Source: an uncultured delta proteobacterium
GTDB lineage: Bacteria; Desulfobacterota; Binatia; DP-6
DNA: 64,000 nucleotides
Assembly (NCBI GenBank): GCA_963815115.1
Contig: CAWFFN010000008.1
Coordinates: 160,001 to 224,000 of the forward strand
Direction of reading: 5' to 3'
Part shown: in pieces, positions 9,274 through 18,044 of the stretch
Layout of the letters: the number at the start of each line of letters is the position of its first letter
Numbering within the stretch: the first letter of the stretch is position 1
Made by a program: the position numbers and the translations under genes
The notes under the pieces: model-generated
Told to the model about the DNA's origin: nothing
Database searches by the model: none
Seen by the model: the letters and a program-made list of their open reading frames with translations, nothing else

Positions 9274-10083
9274 TCAGGCGGGCGGCCCACCTGCGAGCGC
9301 CCGGACGACGGCGAGCGCGTCGCACAGCGCCCGCACGTCGTGCGTGCGCACGTAGTCGGCTCCCTGCGCGGCCGCCCACAGCTCGGCAGCGAGGGTCGCC
9401 GGCGCGCGCCCGCTGACGTCGCGACCCGTGACCGCGCCGAGGAACGATTTGCGCGAGACCGAGATCCACACCGGCCGGCGGAAGCGCGCCTTCAGCTCTC
9501 CGAGTGCGCGCAAGACCACCAGAGAAGCCTCCGGGTCGCCGCCGAGGAAATAGCCCATGCCGGGGTCGAGGACGACGCGCTCCAGGGACACCCCCGTCGA
9601 CTCGAGCGCGGCCAGCCGCGCGGCAAAGAAGTCCCCGATCCGCTCGACGAGCCCGCGCGGGTCGACGGGGTCACGGGTCGCGGTCGGCGCGCGCTGGACG
9701 GAGTGCATCACCACCAGGCGGCAATGAGCCGGCGCCAGGTCCGGGTAGATGGCGGGGTCGGGAAATCCGCGGATGTCGTTCAGGTAGGCGACGCCGCGCG
9801 CGAGCGCGTAGCGCTGCGTCTCGACCTGCCAGGAATCCACCGACACGGCCACGCCGCGGGGGAGGAGCGCGTCGAGGACGGGCTCGAGCCGACGGATCTC
9901 CTCGGCCGAGCTGACGGGAGCGGCGTCCGGGTTGCTGGCCGCGGGACCGACGTCGACCACCGCGGCCCCGTCCGTGACCAGACGCAGGGCATGGGCGACG
10001 GCCTCCTCGGTCTCGCCGAATCGGCCACCGTCCGAGAACGAGTCCGGGGTGAGGTTGACGATGCCGACGACCTGCGGATGCAT
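9274..10083 (-). CDS. folP: Dihydropteroate synthase of the Sul1/Sul2-like (sulfonamide-insensitive-type) group
   Basis: GIVNLTPDSFSDGG, DVGPAASNPDA, YLNDIRGFPDP, VVMHS, DPGMGYFLG, SVSRKSFL, YVRTHD. Confidence 0.92.
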   Translation of the reverse strand: MHPQVVGIVNLTPDSFSDGGRFGETEEAVAHALRLVTDGAAVVDVGPAASNPDAAPVSSAEEIRRLEPVLDALLPRGVAVSVDSWQVETQRYALARGVAYLNDIRGFPDPAIYPDLAPAHCRLVVMHSVQRAPTATRDPVDPRGLVERIGDFFAARLAALESTGVSLERVVLDPGMGYFLGGDPEASLVVLRALGELKARFRRPVWISVSRKSFLGAVTGRDVSGRAPATLAAELWAAAQGADYVRTHDVRALCDALAVVRALAGGPPA

Positions 10084-10486
10084 GGCCCGCGTCAGCGACG
10101 CGGATCCATCGTGTACCACACGCAGGAGATTCGGCGGAGGCGCCGGCCAGGGTCGCGGGGGAGGGACCGACCAGCGCCTCCGCACGGGGATCTGACTGCC
10201 ATCCATGGGCTGTCAGCGCGGCGGAGGTGCTCGTTCTCGGATTCGCAATGATCGCTTGCCCATCTCTTCTCCGCTCTCCGCGCTGCCACGAGACGGCGTA
10301 CGTGACCACATGCAGCGCGCGTGCCGGACCGCTACGTCGGACCCCATCGCCGCGCGAGTCACGCATCCTCGCGGCTTTTCCCCGTTTGCGGCGCGTGCCC
10401 CGGGGCGGCGGCTCCGCCGGCGGCGGGGCACCCTGCCCTGGCCTGGGGCGGAATGCCGCGCCCCGCACCGCGTCAGACGGCGCGAT

Positions 10487-11482
10487 CTACGCGGGGCGTC
10501 TCGCGGCGACGGACGTCCGGATGGCGCGCGCCAGGAGATAGCCGAGTCCCGGCATGACCCAGAGGAGCTCCCGCAGCCGGACCGCGAGTCCGACCGCGAA
10601 GCCCACGTCGGCGGGGTATCCCAGCATGGAGAACAGCCAGAGCTGGCTCCCCTCGAGCACCCCGATGCCGGCGGGGACCGGCATCGAGTGCACCGCCCCG
10701 GTGGCGAAGATCGCCGCCACCACGGCCAGCGGACCCGAGGGCAACCCGAACGCCGACAGCAGGAGCCAGTACTCCAGCAGGACGAGCAGGTGGCCCGCCA
10801 CGCCGAGCGCGAAGGCCAGTCCCACGCGGCGCGGCTGCGCGGCCAGGGCCACCACGTCGCCCTCCGCGGCCCCGATCGTTCCCATGCGCGCACGGATCGG
10901 CCCGAACCGATCGAGCCCGAAGCCGCTCGCGACCGCGGTCACCACTCCCTCACCCCGTCGCAGGCGCCGGATCATGAACCCGACGCCGACGACCAGCCCG
11001 ACCGCGGCCGCACACAGCGTGAAGGCGGCCCCGCGCAGCGCCGGCACCCCCTGCTGCACCAGGACGCTGCCGAAGACGGCGGCGAAGACCGAGCCGCTTC
11101 CCATGTCGAGGGTGCGGTCGACGGCGACGCTGGCGATCGCCTGCGGCGTCGGGACCCCGTGCTGGGCGGCGAGATAGGCGCGCAGGGGCTCGCCGCCCAT
11201 CCGCCCGCTCGGGATCAGCGTCGACAGGCTGTGCCCCGCGGCCCGGCAGGCCATGAGGGTGCCGAGGGCCACGTGCGACCCGAGCGCCGTCAGCAGCACA
11301 CCCCAGCGCCGGCCGCAGGTCGCGAACTCCGCCGCGATGACGAGCACGAACGCCGCCAGCAGCGGCGCCGACGGCGCCCGCGCGAGCAGTGACAGGGCGG
11401 GCTCACCGTAGCGGTGCAGCGCCCACGCGAGCGCGGCGGTGCCCACCACCAGATTGGTTCCGAGGACGACGGTGGCGCGCAC
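10487..11482 (-). CDS. Lysylphosphatidylglycerol-synthase TM / flippase-like membrane protein (UPF0104)
   Basis: Multiple TM segments; RW..LL, PSGRMGGEPLRAY, VDRTLD, PVPAGIGVLEG, R-ELLW. Confidence 0.8.
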   Translation of the reverse strand: MRATVVLGTNLVVGTAALAWALHRYGEPALSLLARAPSAPLLAAFVLVIAAEFATCGRRWGVLLTALGSHVALGTLMACRAAGHSLSTLIPSGRMGGEPLRAYLAAQHGVPTPQAIASVAVDRTLDMGSGSVFAAVFGSVLVQQGVPALRGAAFTLCAAAVGLVVGVGFMIRRLRRGEGVVTAVASGFGLDRFGPIRARMGTIGAAEGDVVALAAQPRRVGLAFALGVAGHLLVLLEYWLLLSAFGLPSGPLAVVAAIFATGAVHSMPVPAGIGVLEGSQLWLFSMLGYPADVGFAVGLAVRLRELLWVMPGLGYLLARAIRTSVAARRPA

Positions 11483-11495
11483 GCCGGGCGCGGCC

Positions 11496-12667
11496 TCAGG
11501 ACGAGCCGGCGGGCTCGAAGCAGTCGATCGTCGCGCCGGCCTCGAGGTACTCGCCCAGGATCGCCTCGATGGGCCGGTGGTCGAGGACCTCGAACTGGCT
11601 CGCCTCGAGGTCGAAGCGCGCGCCGCTCTCGGTGTACGGCGCGACGCCCGGAGAGCCGGGCGTGAGGACCCCGATCACCGGCACGAGCCGCCGTTGCATG
11701 CGTGCGGGCTCGCGCGTCGAGATCACCACCTTGGCCCGCGGTGCGGCGAGCGCCAGGACGGTGACCAGGCGGCACAGCCGATCGTCGTCGACGCCGGCGG
11801 GATACGGCGTCCCGCTCGCCCGGCGCAGCCGCGGCAAGCTGACGTAGACCTCCATGCCGCGCGCCTCGAGGTGGCGGACGTGCGCGAGCAGGGCGAGCAG
11901 CTCCCAGGCGACGTCGGAGTTGAGGCCGAGGAGCACTCCGGGGTTCGCCACCCACATGCCGGCATCGCAGGCGCGATCGAAGTTCAGGAGCCGCCGCGCG
12001 TAGTCGCTGCGGGGGTTCTCCGGGTCCGTGCCCATGAAGCGTCCGTAGACCTCCGGCTGGTAGGTCTCCTGGAAGGTGCACATGGTGAGGCGCGGCGCGA
12101 CGCGGCCGTCCCCGATCCTGCGCGACCCCGTCGAGGAGGAGGTCGTAGTCGGGGGCGTCGAGCGAGCCGATGTTGACCAGGACGTGGCGGAAGCCGCGCG
12201 CCAGCGCCGCCCGCAGCGCCGCCGCGGCGCGCTCGATCATCGCCTGCCGTCGTGCGCCGTGGCGGTACTCGCCGCTCAGGATGGCCACGGCGCGCAAGCC
12301 ACGACGATGGAGAATGTCGAGCTGGGATTCCACCGTGGTCTCGTCCGCCGACTCCCGGACCAGCTCGGCATTGGAGCGCCGCATGCCGCACATCAGGCAC
12401 GCCGCGTCGCACTCGTTGGTGATGTAGAGCGGAGAGAAGGTCTCGAAGCGGAGGCGATCGTCGCTGCGTCGCGCACGGGCGAGCGCGATCAGCTCGTCGG
12501 TGCCGACGTCGGTCGGCGAGGAACAGCGTCGCGGCCGCCTCGTCATCGAGCGTCGCTCCCGCGCGCGCGAGGTCGGCGATCGCCCTGCCCTCTCCTGCCT
12601 CGGCACGCGCGGTCGCGCGTGCGCGCATCGCGCCGAGCGTCTCGGTCTCGAGGCGGAACCAGGCCAT
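11496..12667 (-). CDS. Radical SAM aromatic amino acid lyase, NosL/NocL-like (ThiH/HydG family); about 2 frameshifts
   Basis: Assembled from three overlapping ORFs: TFSPLYITNECDAACLMC, LSGEY, NIGS, MCTFQETY, NPGVLLGL, SLPRLR, ISTRE, TPGSPGVAPY, SQFEVLDHR. Confidence 0.8.
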
Positions 12668-12682
12668 GGCGGCGGACGTATA

Positions 12683-14078
12683 TCAGCGCGTTCGCGAGCG
12701 CTCCAGGGTGCGGGCGAGACGCCGCCGCCGCGCGGCCGTGCGGAACGTCCGTCCGAGCCAGCGCCAGGTCTCGCCCGCCGTGGGCCGCGGCCACTCGATC
12801 ATCCCCTGCATCAGCGTGAGCACGTGACGCCCGGGCCGCGTCCAGTCGCTCAGCACGATCGGCTTGTAGACGTGCGGACTGCGTCCGAGGAGCTCGACGT
12901 CGAGCAGCTCGTCACGCGGCACGGTCTCGATCTCGACGGGCAGGTCGCCGAGTGCCGCATGCAGCGCCGCCGAGGCCTCGGCGGTGGCGCTGCGGCCATC
13001 CGTCTCGACGCGCACCAGGAGCCGATCCGGCAGCACGACGGCGAGGAAAACGGCGCTGTCGAGCGCGTCCGCCGCCGCGGCCGCGGCGTCCACGAGCAGG
13101 TGCGCGTGCAGGCGCCGGCCCGCCAGCGTCACGACCTCACCGGCCCGGCCGAGGACCACGATGCCCGGCCGCGTGTCGCCGCAGGCGCACGGGGGCAGTC
13201 GCCGTACCACGTCGCCCGTGTCGAGCCGGATGAGCGGGCTGCCCTCGACGCCGAGGGTGGTCACGACGAGTCGGCCCTCGTCGCCGTCAGCCGACCGGAC
13301 TCCCCGTCGCGTCGAGCACCTCGCAGTACGCCAGGGAGGTCTCGAGATGCAGGGTCCCGGCCGGGCAGGAGGTACCGAGCAGCATGGTCTCGGTCGAGCC
13401 GTAGAGCTCGATCACCTCGACGTTCCAGGTCCGGGCGAGGCGCCGCCTGAGGGCCGGCGGAAGCGCGGACCCGCCGAGGAGAAAGGTGTCGAAGGCAAGC
13501 TCCCGGCGCACGTCGAGGCCGCGGCCGCGCGCGATCTCGCCGAGCACGACCGGCTCGAGGGGGAGACCGGCGAGCACCTGCGCGCCGGTGCGGTGTGCCA
13601 GCTCGAGCGCGCGGGGAAAGGGCACGTCCCAGTTGATGTTCCCCGCGGGGATCGACACGCCGCCGCCCTGCTGCGCGACGAGCTGGATCAGGTGCGCGGG
13701 AGCGGCCATGAACGGGAACCGGTTCAGGATGATGCGGCCCGGAGCGAAGACCGTCGGGTGCGCGGCGCGCAGTGCGCGCGCGTCACGCTCGAAGTCCGCG
13801 GTGGTGAGCCAGGTCGAGTTGGTGCCGCCGCTGGTCCCCGACGATTCACCGTAGTGCGCGACCTCGCCGAGCGGCACGGCGCGCGTGCCGTGCGGGCCGA
13901 CCCGTTGCAGATCGGCGCGCGTGGTGATCGGCAGGGCACGCAAGTCCTCCAGGGACCGGAGGCGTACGGTGGCGAGGCGCTCGGCGTAGAGGATGCTGCC
14001 CCGGGCACGATCGATGGTGGCCTCGAGAGCGGTCAGATCGCCCTCGGCCGCCGCCTGCGTGGAGAGGACCTGCGACAC
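12683..14078 (-). CDS. Phenylacetate-CoA-ligase-like (PaaK family) adenylating enzyme; frameshift near 13285
   Basis: LPITTRADL, ESSGTSGG P-loop, ELYGSTET, then after the shift TTL..SPLIRLDTGDVV..CACG..VLGR. Confidence 0.82.
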
Positions 14079-14111
14079 TGCCGCCGCCAGCCTGTGTCGG
14101 ATGCGAGCCGC

Positions 14112-14133
14112 GAGTCAAGGACGAGATTGACTC
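14112..14133. promoter_or_regulatory. Palindrome GAGTCAA-N8-TTGACTC: back-to-back -35 boxes or an operator between divergent genes
   Basis: Perfect 7-bp inverted repeat placing TTGACT on both strands in the intergenic region. Confidence 0.45.
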
Positions 14134-14156
14134 CCGCGGGCGCCGCGACTACAGGG

Positions 14157-14324
14157 CGAGCCGAGACTCCGACTCGGCTCGGGACGCGGAGCGAGAATGA
14201 AGCGCGATGACCCGTGCGCACGTCGTACCCGCGCCGGCTTCGCCGGCCGCGGCATGGCGTGCGCGCGATCCACCGACCGCCACGTCCTCGCCCCGCTTTC
14301 GACCCGAGACGGAGTCTCCCGTCG
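14157..14324 (-). repeat. Three-hairpin REP/MITE-like element, copy 1
   Basis: Terminal hairpins cgagccgagactccgactcggctcg and cgacccgagacggagtctcccgtcg. 14229-14259 is the exact reverse complement of 21347-21377. Confidence 0.75.
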
Positions 14325-16029
14325 CGCCCCCTGGCGTATCGCGTGCGTCCCGGGCGTGCTCGCGCTGCTGCTCGCCGCCCCGAATCTGGCGGCGGCCGGC
14401 TCCTGGGAGGTGACGCGCAAGACCGTCATCGACCCGCTCAACTCGGAGCTCCACCGCCATCTTCCCACCTTCGTCCGCCAGCGCGACCTGGACGGCATCA
14501 TCGGGCTCTACGCGGTGGACACGGGCGGCGGGCTCACCTGGGACGGCGCGCAGCCGGCCTACCCCGAGCGCGAGGAGCGGATGCTGCGCTGGGCCGGTCC
14601 CGCGGGTGCCGAGCGGATCAAGGAGCGCTGGGAGCACCTCCTCGCCCTCCTCCCGACCATCGAGAAGGCGGAGCTGCGCATCGGGCGGGTCGGCTGGCGC
14701 GACGCCGACGAGCGCGGCTACCCCGCGGGCGTCCGTCTCCTGGTGCGCGGGACCTGCGCCGATGGCGCCCGCTGTCAGCTCGACCAGCACATGACGCTGC
14801 GGGTGCGAGCCGAGGGCAACCGCTGGGTGATCACCAACGAGGACGTCACGGCACGCGAGCTGGTCTCCCGCATCGACCCGCGCTTCGCGCTCGTCACCGA
14901 GGCTGCCGGGATCGCGAACGTCCACGCGAGCGGGCCGTCGCCCGCCTTCCAGCTCTTCGGCGGCGCCGACCAGAGCCCGGTGCAGGCCAGCGGCGGCAGC
15001 GCCGTCGCCGACGTCGACGGCGACGGCTGCGAGGACGTCCTCCTCGCCGGATCGCCGGAGGCGGCGCTCTACCACAACAACTGCGACGGCACCTTCACCG
15101 ACGTGACCGCCGCGTCCGGCCTGCCCCGTCCCTATCCCGCCGCCGCCACCGGCGTCGTGTTCTTCGACTACGACGACGACGGCGACCCCGATCTCTTCGT
15201 CGCCGCGGTCGTGGGTGGCGACCGCCTGTTCCGCAACGACGGCGGCGGCCACTTCACGGAGGTCACGGCGGCGGCCGCCATCCCGGCGTCGCGCTGGACG
15301 AGCATGCCCGCCGTGGCCGACTACGACCGTGACGGCTTCCTGGACCTCTACCTGGTGCACATGGGCGATCACGAGAAGACCGTTCCCGAGCCGAGCTACG
15401 CCGCCCGCAACGGCGTCCGGAGCGTGCTGCTGCACAACGAGCGCAACGGCACCTTCCGCGACGTCACCGCACACGCGGGCGTCGGCTTCCACGGCTGGGG
15501 CCTCGCGGGCGCCTGGGGGGACTACGACGGGGATGGCTGGCCCGATCTCTACGTCGCCAACGAGTTCGGCTCGAACGCGCTCTATCGCAACCGCCACGAC
15601 GGCACCTTCGAGGAGGTCGCGGCGCGCGCCGGCGTGACCGACGGCGGCGCGGGCATGAGCGTCGCGTGGGGCGACTACGACGGCGACGGCGACCTCGACC
15701 TCTACGTCTCGAACATGCACGCCAACTCGGGCTGGGCGCTGTTCCATCCCGACTTCCCCCTGCCCATTCCCACCGCCTTCCGCGTGCTCGGGCTCCTCAC
15801 GTCCGAGGTGCGACGGCGAGGCGAGGCGATCACCGATCGGCTGCTGCGCGGCAGCACCCTGTTCCGCAACGACGGCGGCGGTCGCTTCACCGACGTCAGC
15901 GACGCCGCCGGCGTGCGCGACGCGCAATGGGGCTGGTCGGCGGAGTTCCTGGACTACGACAACGACGGCACCCTGGACATCTACGCCACCAACGGGTTCA
16001 TCTCCGGACCGATCCTGGACGATGTGTGA
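14197..16029 (+). CDS. Secreted FG-GAP/VCBS repeat protein (CRTAC1 family), N-terminal part; true start may be downstream (e.g. 14254 or 14356)
   Basis: Repeated DxDxDGxxDL / LFRNxGxGxFxDV units. Ends at an in-frame TGA directly followed by the ASPIC-UnbV ORF. Confidence 0.85.
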   Translation: MKRDDPCARRTRAGFAGRGMACARSTDRHVLAPLSTRDGVSRRAPWRIACVPGVLALLLAAPNLAAAGSWEVTRKTVIDPLNSELHRHLPTFVRQRDLDGIIGLYAVDTGGGLTWDGAQPAYPEREERMLRWAGPAGAERIKERWEHLLALLPTIEKAELRIGRVGWRDADERGYPAGVRLLVRGTCADGARCQLDQHMTLRVRAEGNRWVITNEDVTARELVSRIDPRFALVTEAAGIANVHASGPSPAFQLFGGADQSPVQASGGSAVADVDGDGCEDVLLAGSPEAALYHNNCDGTFTDVTAASGLPRPYPAAATGVVFFDYDDDGDPDLFVAAVVGGDRLFRNDGGGHFTEVTAAAAIPASRWTSMPAVADYDRDGFLDLYLVHMGDHEKTVPEPSYAARNGVRSVLLHNERNGTFRDVTAHAGVGFHGWGLAGAWGDYDGDGWPDLYVANEFGSNALYRNRHDGTFEEVAARAGVTDGGAGMSVAWGDYDGDGDLDLYVSNMHANSGWALFHPDFPLPIPTAFRVLGLLTSEVRRRGEAITDRLLRGSTLFRNDGGGRFTDVSDAAGVRDAQWGWSAEFLDYDNDGTLDIYATNGFISGPILDDV

Positions 16030-16596
16030 ATGGACATGTTCGAGGGCGTCGGTCGACGCTCAGAGCACAGCACCGGGCGGTTCCTCAACATCGGCCAGCA
16101 CAGCCTGAACGGCTACGAGCGCAAGGTGCTCTTCCGCAACAACGGCGACGGCACCTTCACCGACGTGGCCTACGTCAACGCCGCCGACCGCGTCGAGGAC
16201 GGCCGCGGCCTCTCGATCGCCGACCTCGATCGCGACGGCGAGCTCGACCTCGTGCTCCGCAACTACCACCAGCCCGCCCAGGTCCTGCGCAACCAGGGCG
16301 GGCCGGCGCACTGGCTGCAGCTCGTGCTCGTCGGCACGCGCTCGAACCGCGATGCCGTGGGCGCACGGGTTCGGCTCCGCACCGGGCAGCACTGGCAGAC
16401 CCGTGAGGTCCATGCCGGCTCCGCCTACCTGTCCCAGCAGAGCCTGGTGCAGCACTTCGGCCTCGGTGACGCGCGGCGGGCCGACGAGGTGCAGATCGCG
16501 TGGCCGTCCGGCGCGCGCAGCACGCTCGGCCCGCTCGATGGCGATCGCCGGTGGCGGGTCGTCGAGGACGGCGGCGTGGAGCCCGTCGGTCGCTAG
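16030..16596 (+). CDS. ASPIC/UnbV domain (C-terminal part of the CRTAC1-family protein, possibly joined by UGA read-through)
   Basis: SLNGYERKVLFRN, DGRGLSIADLDRDG, HWLQLVLVG..SNRDAVGARV, GSAYLSQ..HFGLG..IAWPSG. Same frame as the upstream ORF. Confidence 0.85.
   Translation: MDMFEGVGRRSEHSTGRFLNIGQHSLNGYERKVLFRNNGDGTFTDVAYVNAADRVEDGRGLSIADLDRDGELDLVLRNYHQPAQVLRNQGGPAHWLQLVLVGTRSNRDAVGARVRLRTGQHWQTREVHAGSAYLSQQSLVQHFGLGDARRADEVQIAWPSGARSTLGPLDGDRRWRVVEDGGVEPVGR
16044..16061 (+). promoter_or_regulatory. Candidate bacterial SECIS hairpin
   Basis: Stem GGGCGTC/GACGCTC with a GGTC loop whose first G lies 22 nt after the in-frame TGA at 16027-16029. Confidence 0.55.
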
Positions 16597-16639
16597 CGGA
16601 TGCACGGCGGCTGCCTCGCGCCGATCGGACGAAATGGCG

Positions 16640-16668
16640 TTGACACCCTCCGGTGCCGCCGCCATCAT
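16640..16668 (+). promoter_or_regulatory. Sigma70-like promoter
   Basis: TTGACA-17 bp-CATCAT, ending 14 nt before the ATG at 16683. Confidence 0.45.
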
Positions 16669-16682
16669 CGCGCGGCCGCACG

Positions 16683-18044
16683 ATGCGCATCCACCTGATC
16701 TCGCCGACGCACTACCTGCCCGACGGGCGCCTCCACAAGACGACGCGCTACTGGACGAGCGGTACCACGCTGCCGTACCTGAAGGCGCTCACGCCGCCGG
16801 GGCACGAGGTCTCGTTCACCGACGAGCTGATGCGCGACCTCGACGTCGAAGGCATCGCGCGCGACGCCGACGTGGTCGGGCTCACCGCCATGGGGCCGCA
16901 GATCCGCCGCGCCTACGACCTGGCGGACGATTTCCGCGCCCGCGGCAAGCGCGTCGTGCTCGGCGGGACCTGGGTGACGCTCACCCCCGAGGAGTCGCTG
17001 CGCCATGCCGACGCGGTGGTCGCCGGCGAGGCCGAGGAGGTCTGGCCGCGGGTGCTCGCCGATCTCGCGGCTGGCCGCACCGGAAGCATCTATCGCGCCG
17101 CCCGCTGGCACGACCTGCGCGGCCTGCCCGCGATCGATCCCTGGACGCTGCCGCTCTTGAAGGCCGACGCCTTCCGGCGCAGCTGGCTCTACCGCATGTA
17201 CTTCTTCTGGCCGGTCTTCTTCTCCCGCGGCTGCCCGCATCCCTGCGAGTACTGCGCGGTGCAGACGTACTACCAGCGCACCTTCCGCACGCGCCCGGTT
17301 GACGAGTTCGTCGCCGACGTGCAGCGGATGACCGCCTTCGGCGCCCGGCGCTTTCTCTTCATGGACGACAATCCCTTCGCGCACCCCGAGGCCGCGAAGG
17401 AGATGCTGCGCGCCCTCGTCCCCCTCCGCATCCAGTGGGTGAGTCAGGCCACCATCAACGTGGCGCGCGACCCCGAGCTGCTCGATCTGGTGGCGCGTTC
17501 CGGCGCGCGCGTGCTCTCCATCGGCTTCGAGAGCCTGTCCGAGGAGAGCCTGGCGTCGGTCTCGAAGCAGTTCAATCGCCCGAGCCGCTTCAAGGACGAT
17601 CTCGCCCGGCTGCGCGCGCGCGGCATCCAGGTGATCGCGCTGCTCATGGTCGGACTGGACGGCGACACGCTCGAGACCTTCCCCGGCATGCTGCGCTGGC
17701 TCGACGACAACAAGATCAGCTTCCTGAAGCTGTTCACGCCGGCGCCCTATCCCGGCACGAAATTCCATGCCGACATGGACGCCGCCGGCCGGCTTCTCGG
17801 CGCCGACTGGGGCCGCTACGACTACGGCAGCCCGAACGTACGCCCGCTGCACATGACCACGGACGAGATGCTCGACGGCTTCCGCTCCGTCTACTCGGGC
17901 TTCTACTCCGTGCGGAGCATGCTGCGGCGATTCGTGCCGCCGCCACGACGCCACCTCCTCGAGTCGCTCGCGATGCTGGTCGCGAACGCCAAGGTGCACG
18001 GCTATCTCCGGCGCAACCCCGAAGCCTGGGGCACCATCTCGTAA
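16683..18044 (+). CDS. Cobalamin-binding-domain radical SAM enzyme (class B-like)
   Basis: B12-binding-like N-terminus (DVVGLT..VVLGG..GEAE), FSRGCPHPCEYC, FMDDN, IGFES, TPAPYPGT. Confidence 0.85.
   Translation: MRIHLISPTHYLPDGRLHKTTRYWTSGTTLPYLKALTPPGHEVSFTDELMRDLDVEGIARDADVVGLTAMGPQIRRAYDLADDFRARGKRVVLGGTWVTLTPEESLRHADAVVAGEAEEVWPRVLADLAAGRTGSIYRAARWHDLRGLPAIDPWTLPLLKADAFRRSWLYRMYFFWPVFFSRGCPHPCEYCAVQTYYQRTFRTRPVDEFVADVQRMTAFGARRFLFMDDNPFAHPEAAKEMLRALVPLRIQWVSQATINVARDPELLDLVARSGARVLSIGFESLSEESLASVSKQFNRPSRFKDDLARLRARGIQVIALLMVGLDGDTLETFPGMLRWLDDNKISFLKLFTPAPYPGTKFHADMDAAGRLLGADWGRYDYGSPNVRPLHMTTDEMLDGFRSVYSGFYSVRSMLRRFVPPPRRHLLESLAMLVANAKVHGYLRRNPEAWGTIS

Noticed and set aside
10084-10486. 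Riboswitch or small ORF upstream of folP
   Set aside because: GC-rich stems are present but no recognisable aptamer consensus or convincing coding signal.
11496-12667. Thiamine (ThiH) or hydrogenase (HydG) role, or a thiopeptide cluster
   Set aside because: No thi, hyd, YcaO or lanthipeptide dehydratase genes are nearby, there is no HydG C-terminal Cys motif, and the motifs fit NosL better.
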